From Alphaproteobacteria bacterium (GTDB lineage Bacteria > Pseudomonadota > Alphaproteobacteria > SP197), in the NCBI GenBank assembly GCA_963666905.2, contig OY763008.1, positions 4,135,469 to 4,199,468 of the forward strand: 64,000 nucleotides of DNA, read 5' to 3'. The notes below the pieces were generated by a model that saw only the letters and a program-made list of their open reading frames with translations, was not told the origin of the DNA and ran no database searches. This document shows positions 38,623-49,034 of the stretch, piece after piece. Position numbers and translations under genes: made by a program. How positions within the stretch are numbered: position 1 is the stretch's first letter; every line of letters starts with the position of its first letter.

Positions 38623-38802
38623 ATGACGTTTGTGCCGAGGCGTGCCATCGTCGCGCTGCTCGCCCTTGTCCGTGCGGAAGACGGATTGGTGCGGACCGAG
38701 CGCGCCCTGCTTGCGGGCACCGCGGTCATGACTCTCCTCATCGTGCTCTTCCTGCTCGGTGTCGACATCCTCGGCTGGTTCGGGGTCGAGCCGCCGGCCT
38801 GA
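38623..38802 (+). CDS. Small membrane protein, Flp-pilin-like
   Basis: GGGAG RBS; LVRAEDG|LVRTE followed by a hydrophobic helix. Confidence 0.45.
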   Translation: MTFVPRRAIVALLALVRAEDGLVRTERALLAGTAVMTLLIVLFLLGVDILGWFGVEPPA

Positions 38803-38842
38803 GCGCCTCGCCCTTCGGGGGCGGACAGCGGGAATCTTGGCC

Positions 38843-39892
38843 ATGACGGGCAACGCCAATCTGAGCGTGTCGGTGCTCGGCGCGAGCGGCTACACGGGAG
38901 CCGAACTCCTGCGCCTGCTGGCCGGGCACGATCGAATCGACGTCGTCAGCGTGACGGCGGACCGGCGCGCCGGCGCGCCGGTCGGCGAGGTCCACCCGCA
39001 CCTTGCGCATCTGGGACTGCCCGATCTCGTGGCGCTCGACGAGGTCGAATGGTCGGGCATCGACGCGGCGTTCTGCTGCCTTCCCCACGGCACGGTGCAG
39101 ACCACGCTGCGGAACCTGCCGCGGCACCTGAAGATCGTCGATCTTTCCGCCGACTTCCGGTTCGGCGATCCCCTCGTCTACGCCCGCTGGTACGGCCGCG
39201 ACCACGCGGCGCCCGGACTGCAGGCCGAGGCCGTCTACGGGCTGACCGAGATCAGGCGCGACGAGGTCCGCTCGGCAAGGCTTGTCGCCAACCCGGGGTG
39301 CTACACCACGGCGGCCGAACTCGCGCTGGTCCCCTGCCTCGAGGACGGGCTGATCGGGACCACGGACATCGTCATCGACGCCAAGTCCGGGGTGAGCGGC
39401 GCGGGCCGCACGGCGCGGGAATCGAGCCTTCACACCGAGGTGTCCGAAGGCATCCTGGCCTACGGGATCGCGCACCACCGCCACGCGCCGGAAATCGACC
39501 AGGAGCTCTCGAGAGCGGCGGGCGAGCCGGTGTGCTGCACCTTCACGCCGCATCTCGTGCCGATGAACCGGGGCATCCTGGCGACGGTCTACGTCTCGCT
39601 TCGAGACGGGGCATCGCCCGCGGATCTCTCAGCCTCGCTGGCCGGACGCTACCGGGACGAGCCGTTCGTCAGGCTGGCGCCGGAGGGCACCGCCCCCGCG
39701 ACGCACCATGTCCGGGGCTCGAACTCCTGCGTCATCGGCGTCTTCGCGGACCGCGTCCCCGGGCGCGCGATCCTGGTCTCGGTCCTCGACAACCTCGTCA
39801 AGGGCGCGTCCGGCCAGGCGCTGCAGAACATGAACGTCATGGCGGGCTTCGAGGAAACGGAAGGACTGCCGCGCATCGCGGTCTTTCCCTGA
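38843..39892 (+). CDS. argC: N-acetyl-gamma-glutamyl-phosphate reductase
   Basis: GASGYTG, DLSADFR, ANPGCY, SGVSGAGR, DNLVKGASGQA. Confidence 0.96.
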   Translation: MTGNANLSVSVLGASGYTGAELLRLLAGHDRIDVVSVTADRRAGAPVGEVHPHLAHLGLPDLVALDEVEWSGIDAAFCCLPHGTVQTTLRNLPRHLKIVDLSADFRFGDPLVYARWYGRDHAAPGLQAEAVYGLTEIRRDEVRSARLVANPGCYTTAAELALVPCLEDGLIGTTDIVIDAKSGVSGAGRTARESSLHTEVSEGILAYGIAHHRHAPEIDQELSRAAGEPVCCTFTPHLVPMNRGILATVYVSLRDGASPADLSASLAGRYRDEPFVRLAPEGTAPATHHVRGSNSCVIGVFADRVPGRAILVSVLDNLVKGASGQALQNMNVMAGFEETEGLPRIAVFP

Positions 39893-39894
39893 AG

Positions 39895-41658
39895 TCAGGC
39901 CTGCTTCCTCAGGTCCACCTTCACATAGCGTCCGGGAGCATCGGCAAGAACCGGCAGTTCCCCCGCGCCGGGCTGCCGCGCCGCGACCCTGGCGCCGGCC
40001 CTCCTCGCCAGCCAGGACTGCCAGTGGGGCCACCACGAGCCGTCCCGGTAGCGGGCGCCGTCGAACCACTCCCCGGCCGTGGCGGGGAGGTTCCTGTTCG
40101 TCCAGAATCCGTACTTCTTCTTCGCCGGCGGGTTGACGACACCGGCGATGTGACCGGATGAGGCCAGGGTGAAGACCGTCTTTCCCCGGTAGTGCGCGGT
40201 CGCCCGGTAGGTCGACCGCCAGGGTGCGATGTGATCCTCCCGGGTGGCGAGGATGTAGGTCGGCGTCCCGATCAGGGAGAGATCGATCGGCGTGCCGCCG
40301 ATCTCCAGCGCACCCGGCCTGACGAGGGCGTTGTCGAGGTACATGCGCCGCAGGTAGTAGCCGTGCATGGCTGCGGGCATACGCGTCGAATCGCTGTTCC
40401 AGTACAGGATATCGAACGGGAAGGGGTCCTTGCCGAGAAGGTAGTTGCTGATGACGAAGGACCAGACGAGATCGTTGGCGCGAAGGGAGTTGAAGGTCGC
40501 CGCCATCTCCGATCCGTCGAGGTAGCCGCGTTCGTCCATGCGCCGCTCGAGGTCGCTCACCTGGTCGTCGTCGATGAAGACTGCGATGTCGCCGACCTCC
40601 TCGAAGTCCACCAGGGACGTCAGGTAGGTGGCCGAGGCGACGCGATCGTCGTTCCTCGCCGCCAGGTGGGCCAGCGTCGTGGCGAGAAGGGTGCCGCCGA
40701 TGCAGTAGCCCAGGACGTTGATCCGCTCTTCGCCGACGGCGCGGGTCACGGCGTCGAGAGCCGCCAGGGGACCCTCGAGCATGTAGTCGGCGAACGTCTT
40801 CGATGCGAGCGAGGCATCGGGATTGACCCAGGAGATCATGAAGACGGTGTGCCCCTGCCCGACCAGCCAGCGCACGAAGGAGTTTTCCGGCCTGAGATCG
40901 AGAACGTAGTACTTGTTGATCCAGGGCGGGATGACGAGCAGCGGCCGGCGATGCACCGTCGCGGTGGCCGGGGCGTACTGGATGAGCTCGATGAGGTCGT
41001 TCCTGAAGACGACCTTGCCCGGCGTCACGGCGAGGTTGCCGCCCACCTCGAAGGCGTCCTCGTCGACCATGCGCACGGCCAGCCGGCCCTTGCCCCGTTC
41101 GAGGTCCTCGAGAAGGTTGGCCAGACCCCTGACGAGGTTCTCGCCCCGGCTTTCCCTGGTGGCGCGCAGCACTTCGGGATTGGTCGCCGCGAAGTTGGTC
41201 GGAGAGACCGCGTCGACGTAGAGTTTGGTGTAGAAATCGAGCTTCTGCCTCTGCTTCTCGTCGAGGCCCTCGATGTCTCCGGCGAGATTCTGCAGCCACC
41301 TCGCGGTCAGCAGGTAGGACTGCTTGACGTGATCGAACACGGCGTCCTTCGACCAGGCCTCGTCGCGGAAGCGACGGTCGTCGGCGTCCGGCTCGATGAC
41401 CGGCCGGGCCTCCTGTCCCATCATGCGGCGGGCCGTCGTCTGCCACAGGTTCATGTAGTCGCCCCAGAGGCTGGCCTGGGCCTCGGCGAGTTTCGCGGGA
41501 TCGCGCATCAGGCGGGCGAAGGCGTCGGCGAACGTCTCGTTCATGTGCCTGAACCCGCCGAACGGCGTCTCCTGGCGCGACAGGAACGCCTGCACCAGGT
41601 CGCTGCTGCGCTCGGCGACGGACTGCCAGTCCTGCGGATCGAAGCGGGTGTCGGTCAT
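39895..41658 (-). CDS. phaC: Class I poly(3-hydroxyalkanoate) synthase
   Basis: DRRF, PPWINKYY, GYCIGG lipase box, DHI, SGHIAG. Confidence 0.96.
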   Translation of the reverse strand: MTDTRFDPQDWQSVAERSSDLVQAFLSRQETPFGGFRHMNETFADAFARLMRDPAKLAEAQASLWGDYMNLWQTTARRMMGQEARPVIEPDADDRRFRDEAWSKDAVFDHVKQSYLLTARWLQNLAGDIEGLDEKQRQKLDFYTKLYVDAVSPTNFAATNPEVLRATRESRGENLVRGLANLLEDLERGKGRLAVRMVDEDAFEVGGNLAVTPGKVVFRNDLIELIQYAPATATVHRRPLLVIPPWINKYYVLDLRPENSFVRWLVGQGHTVFMISWVNPDASLASKTFADYMLEGPLAALDAVTRAVGEERINVLGYCIGGTLLATTLAHLAARNDDRVASATYLTSLVDFEEVGDIAVFIDDDQVSDLERRMDERGYLDGSEMAATFNSLRANDLVWSFVISNYLLGKDPFPFDILYWNSDSTRMPAAMHGYYLRRMYLDNALVRPGALEIGGTPIDLSLIGTPTYILATREDHIAPWRSTYRATAHYRGKTVFTLASSGHIAGVVNPPAKKKYGFWTNRNLPATAGEWFDGARYRDGSWWPHWQSWLARRAGARVAARQPGAGELPVLADAPGRYVKVDLRKQA

Positions 41659-41817
41659 GGTCTTGAAGTCCGCTTTCCCGGTTGTCCCGTGGTGGGGCGG
41701 TTGAGAGGGCCACCGGAACGCTGTAGGTTGCGCCGCGTGGCGGGCAACCCTTGCGAGGCGGGATATACAATGGCGCTCCGTGCCCTCTCAAGCCTGAATT
41801 CACCGCTGCCGCGCGCC

Positions 41818-42021
41818 ATGCCGGTCATCGCCGTCGCCTCCGTCCTCGCGCTCGGCGGCTGCACGGACGACACCTATCCCCTGCTGTCGTCGGTTCCCTC
41901 AACGCCACCGGACGTCAGTGCGCCCGAAGAGATCGCCGGGATCATCGCGTCGCTGTCCGCCCTCGGGGAGAGCATCCGCGAGGACACCGCCAGGCGGCAG
42001 GGCGGAACCGCCGGCGAGTGA
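41818..42021 (+). CDS. Small putative lipoprotein
   Basis: MPVIAVASVLALGGC lipobox; stop overlaps the hom ATG; start may be 41770. Confidence 0.55.
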   Translation: MPVIAVASVLALGGCTDDTYPLLSSVPSTPPDVSAPEEIAGIIASLSALGESIREDTARRQGGTAGE

Positions 42022-43310
42022 TGTCGGCACTGCGCATCGCGATCGCCGGTCTCGGGACGGTTGGCGCGGGCGTCGTCGGGCTCCTCGCCCGCAACGCCTC
42101 CCTCGTCGAATCGGACTGCGGCCGGACCATCGGGATCGTGGCGGTATCGGCCAGGGACCGCGGCCGGGACCGCGGGGTCGATCTCTCGCAGTTCCGCTGG
42201 GCCGGGGACGCCCGCCGGCTTGCCGACGACCCGGACGTCGACGTCGTCGTCGAGCTGATCGGCGGCGAGGACGGCGTGGCGCTCGACCTCGCCAGGCGCA
42301 CCCTTGCGGCCGGCAAGCATTTCGTCACGGCCAACAAGGCGCTGCTGGCGGTCCACGGCACCGAGCTTGCCAGGGCCGCCGACCGGGCCGGCGTGCATGT
42401 CGGCTACGAGGCCGCCGTGGCCGGCGGCATTCCCGTCGTCAAGGCGCTGCGCGAGGGGCTGGCCGCGAACCGTGTCAGGCGCGTCTACGGCATCCTCAAC
42501 GGCACCTCGAACTACATCCTCACGGTCATGCGGGAAGAGGGTGCGGCCTTCGACGACGTTCTCGCCGAGGCGCAGAGGCTGGGATACGCGGAAGCCGATC
42601 CGACGCTGGATGTCGAAGGCGGCGATGCGGCGCACAAGCTGGCGATCCTTGCCGCCCTCGCGTTCCGCCGGCCCGTGGATTTCGACGGGGTGCATGTCGA
42701 GGGCATACGGCAGGTGGCGCCCGTGGACATCGCCTTCGCCCGGGAGTTCGGCTACCGCATCAAGCTTCTCGCGATCGCCCAGGACGGTCCTCACGGCGTC
42801 GAACAGAGGGTGCATCCCTCCATGGTGCCGGAGAGCGGGGCCATCGCCCACATCGACGGCGTGTTCAATGCGGTGGTCGTCGACGGCGATGCGGCGGGCG
42901 TGACCACGCTGGTGGGCGCCGGCGCCGGCGCCGGGCCCACGGCGTCGGCGGTCGTCGCCGATCTCGCGGACATCGCCCGCGGCGTGCGTCTTCCCATGTT
43001 CGCCACACCGGGACCGGATCTGGTGCCGCGCCCCGCGGTCGCCGTCGACCGGCGCCATGGCGCCTACTATGTCCGCCTGATGGTGATCGACCAGCCGGGG
43101 GTCATGGCGGACATTTCGGCCATCCTGCGGGACGAGGCGATCTCGGTGGGAAGCCTGCTGCAGCGCGGCCGCGACCCGGGCGAAACCGTACCCGTCGTCA
43201 TGACGACCCACGAGGCGCCGGAGTCCTCGATGCGGCGGGCCTGCGGGCGCATCGCCGCGCTCGCCTCGGTCACCGAACCGCCGTTGACCATTCGCATCGA
43301 GCCGGTCTGA
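42021..43310 (+). CDS. hom: Homoserine dehydrogenase
   Basis: GLGTVG, VTANK, EAAVAGGIP, GYAEADP, C-terminal ACT domain. Confidence 0.96.
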   Translation: MSALRIAIAGLGTVGAGVVGLLARNASLVESDCGRTIGIVAVSARDRGRDRGVDLSQFRWAGDARRLADDPDVDVVVELIGGEDGVALDLARRTLAAGKHFVTANKALLAVHGTELARAADRAGVHVGYEAAVAGGIPVVKALREGLAANRVRRVYGILNGTSNYILTVMREEGAAFDDVLAEAQRLGYAEADPTLDVEGGDAAHKLAILAALAFRRPVDFDGVHVEGIRQVAPVDIAFAREFGYRIKLLAIAQDGPHGVEQRVHPSMVPESGAIAHIDGVFNAVVVDGDAAGVTTLVGAGAGAGPTASAVVADLADIARGVRLPMFATPGPDLVPRPAVAVDRRHGAYYVRLMVIDQPGVMADISAILRDEAISVGSLLQRGRDPGETVPVVMTTHEAPESSMRRACGRIAALASVTEPPLTIRIEPV

Positions 43311-43326
43311 CGGGCGGGAGCGGAAG

Positions 43327-44289
43327 GTGCCCACGACGCCCGGACGCCGGCTGGACCTCGACGCCGTGGCGGTCTGCGAGGAGGCCGCCATCGCCGCCGC
43401 GGCGCTGGAGGGACGCGGCGACGAGAAGGCTGCGGACCAGGCGGCGGTGGACGCCATGCGCCGGGCTTTCAACGACCTCGAGATCGACGGCGAGGTGGTG
43501 ATCGGCGAGGGGGAGCGCGACGAGGCGCCGATGCTCTACATCGGCGAGAAGGTCGGCAGGGGGTCCGGTCCCGCCATCGACATCGCTCTCGATCCCCTCG
43601 AGGGCACGACAATCTGCGCCACCGGGGGGCCCAATGCGCTGGCGGTTCTCGCGTTCGCTCCCAAGGGCGGCCTTCTGCGGGCTCCCGACACCTACATGGA
43701 CAAGATCGCGGTGGGCCGGGATCTGCCCGCGGATGTCGTCGGCCTCGACCGCGCGCCCGGCGAGAACCTGCAGCGCCTGGCGGAAGCGAAGGGCTGCAGG
43801 GTGACGGACCTTGTCGCGCTGGTCCTCGACAGGCCGCGCCACGAGCGCCTGGTCCGTGAGGTGCGCGAGGCCGGCGCGCGGATCCGCCTCATCCGGGACG
43901 GGGATGTCGCCGGTGTCATCGCGACGACGCGCCCGGAGACGGGGATCGACATCTACATGGGCCGCGGCGGGGCCCCCGAAGGGGTGCTGGCCGCGGCGGC
44001 CCTGGCCTGCGTGGGCGGACAGTTCCAGGGCCGCCTTGCCTTCCGCGACGAGGAGGAGACGGCACGTGCGCGGGCCATGGGAATCGGCGATCCCTCGCGG
44101 GTGCTGCGTCTCGGGGACCTGGCGAGCGGCGACCTGGTGTTCTGCGCCACAGGCGTCACCGACGGCTGGCTGCTCAGAGGCGTCAGGCGCGAGGGCGGGC
44201 GGGTCAGGACGGAATCCCTGGTCATGACTCCCCGCGCCGTCACCGTCGTCGCCACGGACCGTGCCGCGTCCGCCTGCCGGGGAGAATGA
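43327..44289 (+). CDS. glpX: Class II fructose-1,6-bisphosphatase
   Basis: VIGEGERDEAPML, DPLEGT, YMDK, DGDV, GGAPEGV, ATGVTDG. Confidence 0.93.
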   Translation: MPTTPGRRLDLDAVAVCEEAAIAAAALEGRGDEKAADQAAVDAMRRAFNDLEIDGEVVIGEGERDEAPMLYIGEKVGRGSGPAIDIALDPLEGTTICATGGPNALAVLAFAPKGGLLRAPDTYMDKIAVGRDLPADVVGLDRAPGENLQRLAEAKGCRVTDLVALVLDRPRHERLVREVREAGARIRLIRDGDVAGVIATTRPETGIDIYMGRGGAPEGVLAAAALACVGGQFQGRLAFRDEEETARARAMGIGDPSRVLRLGDLASGDLVFCATGVTDGWLLRGVRREGGRVRTESLVMTPRAVTVVATDRAASACRGE

Positions 44290-46054
44290 GGTCGTGGGCG
44301 TCGTCCTGGGCGTGACGAGATCGCTGGGCGGACGGTCCTGGAAGGCCCGGCTCGGGAACGAGGTCGACGCCATGATGCTGGCCCAGCGGCTGGATCTTCC
44401 GGAGGTGCTGGCGCGGATCCTGGCGGCGCGCGGAGTTACCGACTCCGATGCCGCCGGCTTTCTCGAACCCCGCCTGAAGACCCTGATGCCCGATCCCGCA
44501 GGCATGGTCGACATGGACCGGGCGGCCGGCCGAATCGCCGACGCCGTGGAGGCGGGCGAGACGGTCGGCGTCTTCGGCGACTACGATGTGGACGGGGCGA
44601 CCTCGACGGCGCTCCTCGTGCGCTATCTCGAGGCCGTCGGCACGCGTTGCGAGATCCACATCCCCGACCGCAGAAGCGAGGGATACGGTCCCAACATCGC
44701 CGCGCTGAAGCGCCTCAAGGAGCGTGGAGCGGGACCCGTCCTCACCGTGGACTGCGGAATCACGGCGTTCGAACCCCTGGGCCTCGCCCGCCGGGCCGGA
44801 ATCGACGTCATCGTTCTCGATCACCACCAGGCGGCCGGAGACCTTCCCTGCGCCGTCGCCCTCGTCAACCCGAACAGGCCGGAGTGCACGAGCGGACTGG
44901 GACACCTCGCGGCGGTCGGCGTGACGTTCATGACCCTCGTCGCGGTCAACAGGGAGCTGCGCCGGCGGGGCCGGTTTGCCGGGCGGGACGAGCCCGATCT
45001 CCTGCAGTGGCTCGACCTCGTGGCCCTGGGCACGGCCTGCGACAGCGTTCCGCTCGTCGGACTCAACCGGGCGTTCGTGCGCCAGGGGCTGAAGGTCATG
45101 GGGCGGGGAGGCAATGCGGGCCTCGCCGCGCTGGGCCGCACCGCGCGCATCTCCGGCGCGCCGACGGTCCACCAGATCCTCTTCATGCTCGGTCCCCGCA
45201 TCAACGCAGGGGGGAGGATCGGCTCCCCCGATCTCGGCGTGCGCCTGCTCACCGCCCGCGATCCCGAAGAGGCCGGCGGCCTCGCGGCGAGGCTCGACGA
45301 TCTCAACGCCGAGCGCAGGACGATCGAGCAGGAGGTGGTCCGCGCCGCCACGAGCGAAGCCGGGACGCAGGCGCACCGCAACTGCATCGTGGTGTCGGGC
45401 GCCGGCTGGCATCCCGGTGTCGTCGGCATCGTGGCAAGCAGGCTGGTGGAGACCTTCCACCGGCCGGCCGTGGTGATCTCCGTCGAGGACGGCGTGGGCA
45501 AGGGGTCGTGCCGTTCTAGAGCGGGCATCGGTATCGGCGCCGCGGTGGCCGAGGCACGCATGGAGGGGCTTCTGGTCAACGGCGGCGGCCATCCCATGGC
45601 GGCGGGACTCACGGTAGATGAGGAGAAGATCGGCGCCCTAGCGGCCTTCCTCGACGCCCGGCTGGCGTCCGAGGTCGAGGCGGTCGCCGATGTCCCGGAC
45701 CTCGGCATCGACGCTGTCGTCAACGTCGGAGCCGCCAACGACGACCTCGTCCGCTCCATCGATCGCGTCGGCCCGTTCGGCGTCGGCAACGCCAGACCGC
45801 GCTTCGTGCTGAAGGACGCCATGGTCAGGTGGGCGAAGCTCGCCGGGGAGCGCCATGTGCGGTGCGTGGCTGCGGACCTCGCCGGCGCGAGGCTCGATGC
45901 CATCGCCTTCCGTGCGGCCGGCACGCCCCTGGGCGAAGCGCTTCTCGGCCGGCGCGGCGCGTCCCTTCATCTCGCCGGCCACCTCGAGATCAACCGCTGG
46001 AACGACAGGGAAAGACTGCAGTTCGTCGTGGAGGACGCCGCAGTCCCGCCTTGA
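44261..46054 (+). CDS. recJ: ssDNA exonuclease RecJ
   Basis: GDYDVDG, VDCG, DHH, GPRINAGGR, GGGHPMAAG; start approximate. Confidence 0.95.
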   Translation: MPRPPAGENEVVGVVLGVTRSLGGRSWKARLGNEVDAMMLAQRLDLPEVLARILAARGVTDSDAAGFLEPRLKTLMPDPAGMVDMDRAAGRIADAVEAGETVGVFGDYDVDGATSTALLVRYLEAVGTRCEIHIPDRRSEGYGPNIAALKRLKERGAGPVLTVDCGITAFEPLGLARRAGIDVIVLDHHQAAGDLPCAVALVNPNRPECTSGLGHLAAVGVTFMTLVAVNRELRRRGRFAGRDEPDLLQWLDLVALGTACDSVPLVGLNRAFVRQGLKVMGRGGNAGLAALGRTARISGAPTVHQILFMLGPRINAGGRIGSPDLGVRLLTARDPEEAGGLAARLDDLNAERRTIEQEVVRAATSEAGTQAHRNCIVVSGAGWHPGVVGIVASRLVETFHRPAVVISVEDGVGKGSCRSRAGIGIGAAVAEARMEGLLVNGGGHPMAAGLTVDEEKIGALAAFLDARLASEVEAVADVPDLGIDAVVNVGAANDDLVRSIDRVGPFGVGNARPRFVLKDAMVRWAKLAGERHVRCVAADLAGARLDAIAFRAAGTPLGEALLGRRGASLHLAGHLEINRWNDRERLQFVVEDAAVPP

Positions 46055-46095
46055 AATCGCCCACGCGATCCGCTATGTGACCCCCGATCCTGGAA

Positions 46096-46170
46096 GACCC
46101 CTTCGTCTAGCGGTCAGGACACAACCCTTTCACGGTTGAGACAGGGGTTCGATTCCCCTAGGGGTCACCA
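46096..46170 (+). tRNA. tRNA-Glu (TTC)
   Basis: Cloverleaf GACCCCT...AGGGGTC-A-CCA; anticodon arm CAACC-CTTTCAC-GGTTG; GTTCGATTC. Confidence 0.97.
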
Positions 46171-46422
46171 TGTTTGATACATTGTCAGCAGCTTGTGATC
46201 CGATGCAATCCGGTTCCCCGTCGTGGCCGGACCAGCACCTGCCCGCGATCGCGACAGGCCGCCGAGAACCCTGACGTACCCGACCGGACGGCGTGCGGTC
46301 CCGGGCTCTCCGAAACAGCGACCGAGCCGACGTCCAGCCGCTGCTGTGGGTATCGCTTGCGATGGTGGTTGCAGGCCCGCCGGACCTCATAGGGTTCCAG
46401 GAGGCCGGGTGACAACGAAGGT

Positions 46423-48181
46423 ATGGCGATGCGCGGTGCTGCCGGGTCCCGGAATCTCCGACTGTCGGAGGCCCTTTCCTCGTTGTCCGCCGACGAGCTT
46501 CGGCGAATGGTGATCTGGCTTTCGGTCCCGACACCGCGACCGACCCGCAAGGACGACATGGCGGCTGCCATCGACCGGCACCTTTCCGGCGCATCGCTGC
46601 GCCGCCTGTGGGACGATCTTGACGACATCGGGCAGCTGGCGGTTCGCGAGGCGCTGCAAGGTCCGGCAGACGGGCTTGTGTGGAGACAGTTCGGGGCCAA
46701 GTACGGGAAGCTCCCGCCCGGGCTGGAACGGCGCATCGACGACGAATCCCTGCCGATGCGCCTGTTCCTGTATCTCCCGGAACGCCATGCGGGCTCGATA
46801 CTTGTCGTGCCCGGGGACCTTGCCGAGTTCGTGCCACCGCCGCCCGAGGCGACGCCGGGGTCGCAGGAAGAATTGCCGGAGACGGTCCTCCGTACGTTCC
46901 AAGGGGCAAGACGCCAGTCCCTGACCGCATTCCCCTGATCCGGCGCGACATGGAGCGGACCGCCGCGCGGGACCTGCTGTCGGTGTTGCGTCTGACGAAT
47001 CTCGGTCGGGTCGCGGTCAGCGCCAGGACCGGGCGGGCGTCGGCCGCCACGGTCCTGCACATCGCCGGGGCGCTGGATGGAGGCGATTTCTTCGATCCGG
47101 CCGGAAAGAAGAATCGTATCGGACAGTCGGTCGGCGCGATCAGGGCGTTTGCCTGGCCATGGCTGCTTGCTGCAGGCAGGAGATCCGCAGCTCGAAGCTT
47201 GCGCGGACGAAATCGGGTTGTGCTGCCCTTCGCGCGCCGACAGCGGCGACATTGGGCCACCTGTGGAAAAGGTGGATCAGGTTCGGTCTTCTGGACGAGT
47301 TCATCCGCATCGACGACATCAAGGGTCAGCAACGCGGCAAGGGCCGTCGCGCCATGACGGTCGTGGCGAGGCGCCGCCTGGTCGTCGCCGAAGCCCTGGC
47401 GCAATGTCCGGTCGGTCGATGGGTACGTTTCGACGACTTCTCGACATTCATGCGGGCGGCGTACATGGAGTTCGAGATCACGCGCGATCCTTGGACACTC
47501 TACCTTCCTTAATCGCACTACGGCAGCCTCGGTTACGACGGATATCACCACCGGGGCATCCTTCAGGACCGCTACCTGCTCTGCCTGCTCTTCGAGTATG
47601 CCGCCACCCTTGGCCTGATCGACATTGCCTATACCCATCCGGATGCCGCGCGGCTCGACTTCGGCGATCTGTTGGGGGCGGACGAACTGGACTTCCTTCC
47701 GGGTGAACCCTCTTGGCGCCTGTTGTCTGGACCTTTCGGACACCTATCGGCCGTCGGCGCCCGAACGCGCCTTGCTGACCGTCTTTCCGGACCTGCGGGT
47801 CTGCGCGGACTCGCCACTTTCGCCGGACGAAAAGCTGATGCTGGAGACATTCGCGAAACATCACGGGGACGGCGTGTGGCGGCGATGGAGGACGGCCGTG
47901 ACGGCAACGACTTGCGGGCCTTCCTGTCGGAACGGGACGCCCAGCCCCTGCCCGAGACGGTGGAGGGATTCCTGCGCAACGTGGAGCGCGGCGCGAGAGC
48001 GCTCAGGCTGCAGGGCAGGGCGATGCTGATCGCATGCGCCGACGAGGAGATTGCCGCCAGGCTCGGCGCCGGCAGGCTGACGGCGAAACTCTGCACGCGG
48101 CGTCTTGTCGTCCAGACGAAATCGGAGACCGCATTCCGAAATGCCGCACGCGACATCGGCTACAGCCTGCCCGGAAACTGA
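46423..48181 (+). pseudogene. Fragmented gene for a helicase-associated (XPB/Ssl2 N-terminal-like) domain protein
   Basis: Protein-like fragments in shifting frames with stops: PTRKDDM, FAWPWLL, LLDEFIRIDDIKGQ, LFEYAATLGLID, SETAFRNAARDIGY. Confidence 0.55.
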
Positions 48182-48478
48182 TAATGCGATAGCGTGGGTA
48201 TCCGGGGTCGAGTTCCCCGATGTTCGACGGCAACACAGCGATCGTCGATCGGCAGGGTACGGGAGCTCCGGCTCGCCGCCGGCGGGCAGGACGGCCCCCG
48301 CGATGCCTCGACGAAACGGTGCGGCGGCGGACGAGCGGAACCGGCTGTCGTTCTTCGATTTCGTCCAGGCGCGCAGCTGGAACTGCTTGCGAGGGCGCTC
48401 GTCGGACACATCGCCGGATGGCGCGTCCGGCCAACCGGTAGAGGGCGGCGTGCCGTCCGACGGAGCGCCGCGCCGGCG

Positions 48479-48907
48479 TCAGGGACGGCTTGCGGAGACG
48501 CGGTCGGCGACCATGCGGGCGGCCCGGATGGAGCGGTGCAGGTACCATACGGCCCACGCGGCGCCGGCCCAGATGACGACGCCCATGGCCTTGACGGCCA
48601 GGGAGTCCTGCACCACGAGCCAGAGGCCGGCGAGGAAGAGGACGATGATGCCGGCGGTCTGGCGGCCGCGGGGCATGGTCTCGTGGACGCCGGTCGTGTG
48701 GTTGTAGAGAGCGAGCGCCAGGAAGTAGTCGCGCTTCCTCAGTCCGCATGCCGTGACGCTGTCCTTCTCGGAGACGGGAAGATGCCCGGGCCGCCGCATG
48801 CGGACCGGGGCGCCGTCGATGCGGAAGTACGTCGTCGGCCTCGCGGATCCCGCTTCCCGAGCGACCTGGATGTCGCTGACACGGCCGACTGCAAGGACAA
48901 GTGTCAT
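48479..48907 (-). CDS. Hypothetical membrane protein (two C-terminal TM helices)
   Basis: 142-aa ORF with AGIIVLFLAGLWLVV and GVVIWAGAAWAVWYL segments. Confidence 0.6.
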   Translation of the reverse strand: MTLVLAVGRVSDIQVAREAGSARPTTYFRIDGAPVRMRRPGHLPVSEKDSVTACGLRKRDYFLALALYNHTTGVHETMPRGRQTAGIIVLFLAGLWLVVQDSLAVKAMGVVIWAGAAWAVWYLHRSIRAARMVADRVSASRP

Positions 48908-49034
48908 GGCGGAACCGGCACCTCGCAGGAGTCTCCGGCAGGGTGGTGAACGGGGCCGGCAGCGTCAACCGGTATTGCGGAGTCGCGGCGGCACGGCAAG
49001 GATGAGCGGCCGTCAGGCGAGAAGGGCGGGCACC

